From: an uncultured delta proteobacterium
GTDB lineage: Bacteria > Desulfobacterota > RBG-13-43-22
Assembly: GCA_963802945.1 (NCBI GenBank)
Contig: CAWDKY010000016.1
Location: 64,001-128,000 of the forward strand
Direction of reading: 5' to 3'
Length of the DNA stretch: 64,000 nucleotides
The translations under genes and the position numbers were made by a program. The first letter of the stretch is position 1. The number at the start of each line of letters is the position of its first letter. The notes beneath the pieces were generated by a model that did no database searches, was not told the origin of the DNA, and saw only the letters and a list, made by a program, of their open reading frames with translations. Shown piece after piece: positions 54,869 to 64,000 of the stretch.

Positions 54869-55183
54869 ATGAGAGATAAAACTATGTCACAGACTCTATC
54901 GCTTGAATCGATCTTGGCAACTTTAAGAATGCATAAAGAGGAAATCCAAAAGGAATTTCCTGTAAGGCGGCTTGCGCTTTTTGGATCTTTGGCTCGGCAA
55001 GAGGAGACGCTGGAAAGCGATGTAGATATCCTCGTCGATGTCGATCCCTCCATTGGACTTAAGCTTATGACCCTTGCCGACAGACTTCAAGAAATACTCC
55101 ATTGCAAAGTTGACCTCGTCTCTCGTAGGGGTGTGAAGCCATCGCTGCTTAAAGTGATTGAAAAGGAAAGTATCGATATTTAA
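54869..55183 (+). CDS. Minimal nucleotidyltransferase (MNT antitoxin-like)
   Basis: LALFGSLARQEETLESDVDILVD, KVDLVS. Confidence 0.88.
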   Translation: MRDKTMSQTLSLESILATLRMHKEEIQKEFPVRRLALFGSLARQEETLESDVDILVDVDPSIGLKLMTLADRLQEILHCKVDLVSRRGVKPSLLKVIEKESIDI

Positions 55184-55280
55184 ATATGGCTTCTTTGTCT
55201 TTGAACGGGTAAACCCAATTTCTGCGACAATCTGTCGCACAAATTTCTTAAGTCGAAAATTGATATATGGTAGTTCCCAC

Positions 55281-58205
55281 ATGACCAACCCTACTGAACA
55301 TAAAACCGTCCAATCACGAATCCTTTCCTATGCTCAGGAGATCGGATGGAGTTTTGTTGCGAGGGAAGAGGCGGAAAGAAGGAGAGGGTTTGGGACTGGG
55401 GGACAAATACCTGAAGAGCGGGCCAGGAATAGTTCACTTTTCTTTGATGACCTGCTCTATGCCAAGGTCCGAGAATTTAATCCATTTTACAAAGAAGCAG
55501 CGGGGGCTTTGGTCGGGCAGTTTGGCCGTATTCAGGCCGGCATCCAGGGTAATCGGGAATTCCTTTCGTCCCTTCGAAATGCCGGGAAATATTTTTATCC
55601 CGAGGAAAACCGGGAGCTGGATCTTAAGCTAATTGATTATGATGACCCTCAAAAAAATTGCTATGAGGTCACCGAGGAATATTATTGGCACAACGGCCAT
55701 TATGGGAACCGGGAGGATATCGTCTTCCTGATCAACGGCATTCCAGTAATGGTCTTTGAATGTAAGAATGCCGCCAAATATGAAGCCATTGCCATCGGCA
55801 TTGACCAGATCCGGCGATATCATGATGAGACCCCGGAAATATTTGTGCCCGAGATGATCTTTGCCGTTACCGAGGCCATCGGCTTTTCCTATGGGGTCAC
55901 CTGGAACCTGGTACGGCGGAACATCTTTAACTGGAAAGATGAGCAGATCGGCAACCTGGAGGCCAAGGTTAAAAGCTTCTGTTCCATCCCTCGGGTCCTC
56001 GATCTCCTGAAAAAATATATCATTTTTGCCGAGAAGGAAGAGGAACTCCAGAAGTTCATCCTGGCCCAGCACCAGACCACGGCCGTGGACAAGGTGGTCC
56101 GGCGAGCCCATGATACCGGACGCAGGCGGGGGCTGATCTGGCATACCCAGGGGAGCGGCAAGACCTTTACCATGATCAAAGCGGCCGAGCTGCTCTTTAA
56201 GGCCCCGGAGTCCGAAAAGCCCACCATCCTGATGATGATCGACCGCAACGAGCTGGAAGACCAGATGATGAAAAATCTGGCGGCTTTGGGTTTGCAAAAC
56301 GTCGAACAGGCCGACACTATGGCCCGTCTCAAGCAATTGCTGAAATCCGATTATCGGGGGATCGTCGTCACCACCATCCAGAAATTCCGGGACCTGCCGG
56401 CCAACATCAACCCAAGGGAAAACATCTATGTCCTGATTGATGAGGCCCATCGCACCACCGGCGGCGACCTGGGTAATTTTCTTATGGCCGGTTTGCCTAA
56501 GGCCACCTATATCGGGTTTACCGGCACCCCTATCGATAAAACGGTTTACGGCAAAGGGACCTTCAAGACCTTCGGTTGTGAAGATGATAAGGGATATCTG
56601 CACAAATATTCCATTGCCGAGAGTATCGAGGACGGCACTACTCTGCCTTTGTATTACAACTTGGCTCCTAATACCATGCGGGTGCCTCATGAAACCATGG
56701 AAAAGGAATTCTTTGCCCTGGCTGAGACCGAAGGGATAGCCGATATCGAGGAGCTGAACAAGATCTTAGACCGGGCCGTGCATTTGAAGAATTTCTTAAA
56801 AGGGAGAGAACGTCTCATCGAGGTGGCCCAATATGTGGCCGGGCATTATCAGGAGAATGTGGAACCCCTGGGCTACAAGGCCTTTCTGGTGGCCGTGGAC
56901 CGGGAGGCCTGCGCCTTATACAAAAAAGCCCTGGATCAATTTTTACCGGGCGATTATTCGGAAGTGGTCTATACCGGCCTGCATAATGACCCGCCCCATC
57001 TGAAGGAATTCCACATAGACGGGAAAAAGGAACGGTAGATCCGGAAGAACTTTATCAAGTTCGGGGAGTTTCCCAAGATCCTGATCGTTACCGAGAAGCT
57101 TCTGACCGGTTTTGATGCCCCGATTCTTTATGCCATGTACTTAGACAAACCCATGCGCGATCACACCCTGCTTCAGGCCATTGCCCGGGTCAACCGGCCC
57201 TATGAAAACGAAAAAGAAGAAATGGTCAAACCCCATGGCTTTGTCCTGGACTTCGTGGGGATCTTCGACAAACTGGAAAAGGCCCTGGCCTTCGACAGTG
57301 ACGAGGTCAAGGCCGTGGTCAAGGACCTGAATCTCCTTAAGGCCCTGTTCCAGAGCAAAATGGAAAAAAAGGCCCCGGAATATTTGAAGCTGATCGAGAG
57401 GAAATTCGATGATAAGGACGTGGACCTTCTGATTGATCATTTCCGGGACAAGGACCGGAGAAAAGAATTTTTTAAAGAATACAAAGAGCTGGAAATGCTT
57501 TACGAGATCATTTCCCCTGATGCCTTTTTACGCCCTTTTCTGGACGACTATTCCACCTTATCCGCCATGTATGACGTGGTCCGTAAGGCCTATGCCAAGA
57601 AGGTTTATGTGGACCGGGAATTCCAAAGGAAGACTAATCAACTGGTTCGTGAAAAAGTCGGCACTTTTGGGATTGATCCAGTAGAAGAATTTGTGGCCAT
57701 TGATTCGGAAACTATTGAGTTGATCAAAAAGAAAAAAGGGGGCAATAACACCAAGATCATCAATCTGATCAAAAGCATTGAAAAGGCCGCCGAGGAAGAA
57801 AGTGATGATCCCTTCCTGATTTCCATGGCCGAACGGGCCAAGGCCGTGCTGGAAGGTTTTGAAAACCGGCATATATCCACGGCTCAGGCCCTGGAAGAGC
57901 TTTTTAAAGAAATCCGGCAAAACGAACAACGGAAGAAGGAACAACAGGATAAAGGTCTTGACGGTTTGACCTATTTTGTCTACCGGACCCTGTTGGATGC
58001 CGGGATCAAGGAAGCGGAACAGGTCAGTAAAAAGATCAAGATGGCCTTCCTGGAATATCCGCACTGGCTGTCCAGCGAGAAGGAATTGAGGGAACTGCGG
58101 AAGGGGATCACCTTCGCGATTTTTAGTGTGGAAGAAAACATTGAAAAAGTCAGTTTCATTGTCGAAGACCTGCTCAGTTTGTTGGAAAGGGCCAAGCGGA
58201 TTTGA
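55281..58205 (+). CDS. hsdR: Type I restriction endonuclease subunit R, with one in-frame TAG at 57036-57038
   Basis: D..FLINGIP...[40 protein letters not shown]. Confidence 0.92.
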
Positions 58206-58207
58206 TC

Positions 58208-58537
58208 ATGGTCAATTGGGGGAAAAAAGAGGAATTCAAGGGCAGGGTCAGAAATTGGGCTGAAAAACTTGACGTCCAAGTCCGGATGGTAACGATTCGG
58301 CCTATGAAAAATAAATGGGCTTCTTGTTCTACGGTTGGGAATTTGACCTTTGATTCAGAGTTGTTGAAACGGGGGCCAAAGGAATGGAATTATGTCATTG
58401 TCCATGAACTGCTCCATTTTTCCGTTCCCAATCATGGACGCCTCTGGAAAATCCTGATGAGGGCCCATTTGGGAGAATATGAAAGGGTTGAGGAAAAACT
58501 TAGGAGCCGCATCTCAGACATTTGTGTTGACGCATAA
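58208..58537 (+). CDS. YgjP/DUF45 (M48-like) zinc metallopeptidase
   Basis: MKNKWASCS, YVIVHELLH..PNHG. Confidence 0.88.
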   Translation: MVNWGKKEEFKGRVRNWAEKLDVQVRMVTIRPMKNKWASCSTVGNLTFDSELLKRGPKEWNYVIVHELLHFSVPNHGRLWKILMRAHLGEYERVEEKLRSRISDICVDA

Positions 58538-58621
58538 TGTGGCGGTTGGGGTCAGGCACTGGTAATAAAACAATAACGGTTTATCATTGAGGTCTTAAAA
58601 AGAAATCCTACCAGCTTCGAA

Positions 58622-58660
58622 GAGGGATGGGGCTTTTTGTTTGAACCCCATCCCTCAATA
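58622..58660. terminator. Hairpin between convergent genes
   Basis: GAGGGATGGGG ... CCCCATCCCTC inverted repeat. Confidence 0.55.
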
Positions 58661-58676
58661 TTTCTGAGATTTTTTT

Positions 58677-59977
58677 CTATCTTGTCATCCCCGTTTTTTC
58701 TCTTTTTTCCTTTTTTCTATCTCTTCCCAGCGCTCCCGCCAGGGCTGCCAAGAGGGTATCTGCTTTTTCCTTGGGGATATCGAAAATACCTAGCGGTTTT
58801 CCTCTGAATTTCTCCGGAGCAGGCCACTTTTCAACCTGCTGCGCCAGGGATTCCAAATAAAAGTCAGAACCGCCTAAGTATAGCTGCTTGGTCTTGCCCC
58901 TTCTTGAAAAGAGAGGCAGGACCCCCTGGTCCACTTCATAACCCACACCAGCCAGGACCTGGTGCCCGCGCCAGCAGGCCCTCTCATGAGAGTCGCTGGT
59001 CCAGGCCTTGGCCATGGCCACCTCCTGATCACAAGGCAGGTTCTCATTGAGTTTCCAGACGGCCTGATAGGTAAGCCATCTGGAAGCGTCCACCTCGCTC
59101 AAGAGAAAGACGCAGTGATCCTGGACGTACTGATTGATGCCGATGGGCAAGTCGAATTGAATCCTCGTCTTGGCGTAATCGACAGTAACCTCCAGGACGC
59201 GCTGACCGGCCCCGACCATATCGGCGCAGAGCAGCACGGCTCCCTTTTTTATCACTTTTTCAAGGGGGGCCCAACCCCGATGCAGGGAACCGACGATGTT
59301 ATTTTTTGAGACCTTGACCCTTTTAAAGGTGACCGCACATCTGTTTGTCGCCCGCCGTGGTATCCAGAATTTCATAACTTATTCCCGGCGCATTGGCATC
59401 CACCAGAAACAGGGTGATCCCTTCTCCAGGCCTTTTCCCTTCGCCGGTCCTGGTCACACAGAGGAAATAATCGGCTATTTGGGCGTCATGAACGAACAGC
59501 TTCGGCCCGTTGATGATGTAATCATTTCCTCTCGGAGTGGCTCGAACCGTGATCCCTTCCGGTTTCCAGGCCCAGTTGTCCCAACTGGACTCCGGTTCGG
59601 TTAGGGCCAGCGAAAGCACCAGTTCGCCTCGGGCTATCCTCGGCAGCAGGTCGATTTTTTGTTTCTGACTCCCTGCCTCCAATATGGTCAGCCCGCAGAG
59701 GATAACGGTGGACAGATAGGGACTGGGCAGCATGGCCCGGCCCATTTCTTCAAAAAGTACGGCCAAATCAATAAAATCGCCTCCTGTCCCTCCGTATTCT
59801 TTCGGGAAAGGCAGTCCCAGCCATCCTTTATCGGCTAGCTTATGCCAAAGGTCCGGAGAAAATCCTTTATCATCTTCTTCTATGGACCGGACCAAGCTTT
59901 CAGGGCATTCCTTCTCCAGAAACGCCCGAGCTTCCTTCTTCAGTTCTATCCTGGGCTTCATTTAAAGAAAAATCCAT
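58677..59977 (-). CDS. Acyl-CoA dehydrogenase (likely the non-catalytic partner of a heteromeric pair), frameshifted
   Basis: GWLGL..P...GG.GG, EEMGRAMLPSPY, YAKTRIQFD.PIG.NQ, HQVLAGVG. Confidence 0.8.
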
Positions 59978-60011
59978 AATTCGGCTCCTTTCTTGGAATC
60001 GTCCCCTTGAT

Positions 60012-61246
60012 TTATTTTTTCTTGGCTTGCAGAGATTCGGCAATGAGTTTTGTTAAACTTGGCCGGCACCCTGGGCAGACCAAGTCCTCTTCCGGCCGCG
60101 ACAATCTTATTCACTTCCAGGGTCCCTGCCGGATGCACACTTCGTGCTATCTGCCAGCGGCGTTCTATCTTTCCGGCGAACTTGGCCCATTTCGATCCGG
60201 ACCGGAGTTGGCCGTACAATCCCATGATGTTCATCATTCTCACCGGGTGTTCGGTTGAAATGATCTTGTTAAAAAAACCGCTCAGGTCATAAGGCTTTGG
60301 AGACAACTCTTTCTTTTTGGAATGCCGCCAAACCGCCTCCCAGGCGATGAGTCTTTGTATCTCCAGATCAATGGCCATCCCGGCCAAGGTCTTCCGGACT
60401 TCCGGGTCCTTGATCAACGGCTTTCCGTTGCGTTTAGTCTTCTTGCAGAACTGGACAAACTCCGTCAGCATCTGCTTGCCGACAGCAGGATTACCTGTTC
60501 CGCTGCGCTCGAATTCAAAGGCGGCCATGGCATGATAAAACCCGCGATTGAGTTCCCCCAGGAGGTTGTCCTTTGATACTTTTACGTCCTGGTAGTAGAT
60601 ATTGACTTGGGTGCCGAACCCCATAGTTCCCTGGGCCTTGTAGGTGATCCCCGGGGTATCTCCTGGGACAAGGAAGAGGCTGATGCCCTGATGCTTCGGT
60701 CTCGCTATCTGCGGTCCTGGCCAGGGTGTAAAGGTAATCGGGCTTGGTAAAGGTGGTAATAAAGGTCTTTTGTCCGTTCAGGATGTAATAGTCCCCTTCC
60801 TGGACGGCCCTGAGTTTTTGATTGGCCTCGTCCGACCCGGCCTCAGGTTCCGTAAAGGCCTGATTCCATATGGCCGTTCCATTGGCAATCCCGGGAAGAA
60901 ATTTTTTCTTTTGCTCCTCTGTGCCGAAAATCTGAACCGCTGGCCCGGCGATATGCAGGCCTGAAAAGTTGGGCCATCGACCGCCGGTATAGCCCCATTC
61001 TTCCTCAACGATACCCTGTTCAGTCGGGCTGAAACCAAGCCCGCCGGTTTCCTTGGACCATCCAGGGGTCAGGTACCCCTTCTTGCCGGCCTTTTTCTGG
61101 AGTTGCATCCAGAAATCGGTCTGGTCTTTGGTCTGGGAGAACATGGTTTCTACGCCCGGTTCAAAATCTGCCGGTATCTCCTTTAGAAAAAACTCCCGTA
61201 CGTCCTTTCTTAACTTCTCTTGTTTTTCCGTAAACCCGAAATCCAT
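60012..61246 (-). CDS. Acyl-CoA dehydrogenase, frameshifted
   Basis: QAFTEPEAGSD, NGQKTF, GELNRGF, FEFER, AGTLEV..RGLGLPR; end approximate. Confidence 0.83.
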
Positions 61247-61396
61247 AACATTCCTCCTTTTTAAATGTTAAAAAAATTTAATTCAGCTGATCAAAAGAAA
61301 AATTTGCACCACCCCTTCGCGCACAAACTGAAACCAGATAACATTATATCATGTGAATGAACAGGGATATGAAAAAATTACCCTAATGGTCTATTG

Positions 61397-62539
61397 CTAC
61401 AACCCCATCATCCTAGCCACAATGGTTTTCATGATCTCGTTGGTGCCGGCGAAGATGGACATAACCCGGGTGTCCCTCCAGGCCCGGGCAATAGGGTATT
61501 CCTCACAATAGCCATAGCCCCCGTGAAGCTGAAGACACTGATCGGCCACTCGCTGGGCCATGTCGGTGGTCCAGTACTTGGCCATGGAGACCTCCGTAAC
61601 GATGTTTTCCCCTTCCATGTGTTCGGCGATCAATTTGTCCACAAAGGTCCGACCCAGCTTGATTTCCGTGGCCATCTCCACGATCTTGAATTGATTGGCC
61701 TGAAATTTGGAAATGGGTTTGCCGAAGGCCGTCCGTTCTTTAACATAAGGGAGGGTGATTTCCAGCATATATTCGGCCCCGGCCACGGCCCCTATGGCAC
61801 AGACCAAGCGCTCTTGCTGGAGTTTCTCCATGAGCATGTAAAAACCCCTTCCCTTATCACCCAAAATGTGATCCTTCGGGATGCGGCAGTCGGTAAAAAA
61901 GAGTTCAGCCGTGTCCTGGCTGTGCCAGCCGATTTTTTTTATCTTTTTCCCTTTTTCAAATCCGGAGGTTTTGGCAGGGACCAGGAACAGGGATAAGGCG
62001 GCATAGGGGTTCTCGGCTTTAGGATCCCGGGCAACCAGGATCAGCAGGTCACAGTTGAGACCATTGGAGATAAAGGTTTTTTGTCCATTGATGACATAGG
62101 AATCCTTGTCCTCGACGAAATGGGTTCGGATGGCAGCCAGGTCCGAACCGGCGTTGGGTTCGGTCATGGCAATGGCCGTGATAATTTCTCCGGAAATGCA
62201 CCCCGGCAGATATTTCTTTTTCAATTCCTCCGATCCGAAGGCGGTGATATAGGGAACAATGATATCGCTGTGCAGAGAAGCGGCCAGACCAGTGTGGTTG
62301 GTTCGGGCCATTTCTTCGATCATAATCACCGAATAAAGAAAGTCGGCCCCCAGTCCACCATATTCTTCCGGCACATCCATACATAGGAAACCCTGTTCTC
62401 CCATTTTTTTCCAGATGCTCTTGGGAACGATTCCGGCTTCTTCCCATTCTTCCACATGAGGGGTGACCTCTTTTTCGAGAAATTTTTGCAGGGCTTCTCG
62501 AAAGATCCGATGCTCTTCGGTATATTTTAGGATATCCAT
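61397..62539 (-). CDS. Acyl-CoA dehydrogenase (long-chain type)
   Basis: IAMTEPNAGSDL, NGQKTFISNG, QERL, QLHGGYGY, IFAGTNEIMK. Confidence 0.93.
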   Translation of the reverse strand: MDILKYTEEHRIFREALQKFLEKEVTPHVEEWEEAGIVPKSIWKKMGEQGFLCMDVPEEYGGLGADFLYSVIMIEEMARTNHTGLAASLHSDIIVPYITAFGSEELKKKYLPGCISGEIITAIAMTEPNAGSDLAAIRTHFVEDKDSYVINGQKTFISNGLNCDLLILVARDPKAENPYAALSLFLVPAKTSGFEKGKKIKKIGWHSQDTAELFFTDCRIPKDHILGDKGRGFYMLMEKLQQERLVCAIGAVAGAEYMLEITLPYVKERTAFGKPISKFQANQFKIVEMATEIKLGRTFVDKLIAEHMEGENIVTEVSMAKYWTTDMAQRVADQCLQLHGGYGYCEEYPIARAWRDTRVMSIFAGTNEIMKTIVARMMGL

Positions 62540-62620
62540 GGGGTATATTCTCCTCTTAGCGCTCAAAGCCCGGTGTCTGCACGCCCGCAGGTGCCGGAGC
62601 TAAAAGCAATAATGAAGATT

Positions 62621-62830
62621 AAATCACCAGCTCTGCTGGGCAGGCGTGATAAAATCTCCTTCCCGAAGGCCCCGGAAGAGGGGTAGGTCGGGAAGGAGAT
62701 TAACGTGAAAGACTTGCAAAGTTTAGCACAGGTAAAATGGGAGTGCAAATATCATATCGTCTGGGTTCTCGAATATCGCCGGAAGATATTTTTTATGAAA
62801 AAATCAGGAAACGATTGGGAGAGATAGGAT
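62621..62830 (+). mobile_element. IS200/IS605 left end and truncated tnpA
   Basis: GTG start MKDLQSLAQVKWECKYHIVWVLEYRRK; 14-bp stem AATCTCCTTCCCGA/TCGGGAAGGAGATT covers the RBS; small subterminal hairpin. Confidence 0.8.
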
Positions 62831-63130
62831 TGTGCTGGGTCCATATCGGTTTACTTCTTTCAGCCAGACCTATTAAACACCTAATGCGAAAAGTGTTCTC
62901 ATCTTTTGGAAACCGGGTTCACACTTAATTGGTAAAAATGAGGTTTGGTTAGTGCCAAGGCTTTAAATTTAATCCGCCGCTTTTAACCAGCAATCCTATT
63001 TCTAGCCAGCCTCTCGTACTAGTGTTGATACTACCATGAGACCCTTAATAACAGGCAAAATAATGGATAAAAATAAATAAGCCCTAAAAAATGCCCGGTC
63101 AGCCTTTGGCTTAATCCTTTATCTAAGGGT

Positions 63131-63146
63131 TGGTATCAGTTTTGCA
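63131..63146 (+). promoter_or_regulatory. sigma54 promoter for the pilin-like gene
   Basis: TGGTATCAGTTTTGCA. Confidence 0.65.
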
Positions 63147-63194
63147 GATAAATAAGATAAACGAATTAAGAGTTTTGGAGAGGATTTAGAGGCT

Positions 63195-63578
63195 ATGGAA
63201 AATAAAAGAAACCAAGGTTTTTCCTTGTTGGAATTGATTATCGCCCTCAGTATACTCAGTATCGGCTTTCTGTCTCTTACCAGCTTGTCAATTACTGTAA
63301 TGAAGACCAATAAATTAAGCCAAAATAAGACAGCGGCCCTTCAATTAGCCCAGGAGAAGATGGAGTCGCTAAAAGCCCTTCCTTTTTCAGAGTTGCAAGG
63401 GGAAGTTGAAACCGGATTAAAAATTGGCACAGTGGGAACAATTTTTCAACGAGAAACAACGGTTCAAAAAGGGAACGGGTCTTCTTTGGCGGACATCAAG
63501 GTCCGGGTGTTTTGGCCCAGTACTGTAAACCCAACCCATTTCCATTCCACAGAACTTCTTACCCAGATTGCCGGCTAA
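63195..63578 (+). CDS. Type IV minor pilin (PilV-like)
   Basis: Class III signal QGFSLLELIIAL; A..LAQEKME.LK. Confidence 0.85.
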   Translation: MENKRNQGFSLLELIIALSILSIGFLSLTSLSITVMKTNKLSQNKTAALQLAQEKMESLKALPFSELQGEVETGLKIGTVGTIFQRETTVQKGNGSSLADIKVRVFWPSTVNPTHFHSTELLTQIAG

Positions 63579-63831
63579 ACATGGGCCGGGTACGTAATAA
63601 AAACTGGCCTATACCTTATTTGGAATTCCACGCTTAACGAATTCAATGAAGGTTAAATACGAAACATAAAAATTATTCTAAGGATCCAAGTCCCGCCTCT
63701 GGCGGGATTGAACCCTCGAATCCTGGAATCCTTGAGCCTTATTTCGTATTAAATTGACACTGTTCTGTTTATAAGAGAGAATATCATTCATTTTCTAAAA
63801 TTTATTTTTTGCCAAGAAGGAGAGAATTTCT

Positions 63832-64000
63832 ATGGCGAGGTCAACCAGTACCAAACCGGAAAAATCAGGAGCTCAAAAATCATCCAGAACCTCGTTTGAA
63901 AAGATAAACTCGGAATACCGGCAGGCCATCAAAAAATTGCACCAATCCGAGCAACTACTCCGGGCCTCGGAACGAAAGTACCGATCTCTGGTGGAAAGTA
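63832..64000 (+). CDS. Start of a PAS-domain sensor protein (runs off the window)
   Basis: RBS AAGGAG; LRASERKYRSLVES PAS N-cap. Confidence 0.6.
   Translation, partial: MARSTSTKPEKSGAQKSSRTSFEKINSEYRQAIKKLHQSEQLLRASERKYRSLVES

Noticed and set aside
55629-56690. 353-aa minus-strand ORF (likewise 13279..14202 on plus)
   Set aside because: Antisense shadows of hsdR and the CoA-transferase, with no motifs of their own.

Overview
Bacterial chromosome segment. Gene content and style fit an anaerobic deltaproteobacterium (Desulfobacterota-like); this is an inference. Many otherwise well-conserved genes (mutS, amidase, PBP1A, acyl-CoA genes) are split by single indels, probably assembly or long-read errors. 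In order: hit-lapA-mutS-amidase; PBP1A; tRNA-Lys and tRNA-Glu; a ~12 kb acyl-CoA catabolic operon (XRE regulator, Liv-type ABC transporter, hydratase, CoA-transferase, ligase, ACAD, DUF35 plus thiolase-like protein); gene fragments; envelope glycosylation genes; pckG beside a truncated second pckG; tmk; a patchwork LPS cluster; eno; a type I restriction-modification locus loaded with accessory genes; three ACADs; an IS200 remnant; a minor pilin. Most notable: (1) a translationally coupled two-gene cargo between hsdS and hsdR (alpha-helical/HEAT-like protein, exactly interrupted by an IS630, plus a protein with an N-terminal PD-(D/E)XK-like domain), a candidate anti-phage system; (2) an unannotated ~72-nt sigma54-dependent sRNA candidate with an anti-Shine-Dalgarno seed, enhancer palindromes, an IHF-like site and a terminator; (3) five IS91/ISCR-like ori ends with outward sigma70 promoters, four of them directly upstream of host genes; (4) co-varying DNA palindromes inside the DUF1016 gene, and an 85-bp allelic repeat bracketing an AAA-ATPase cassette.
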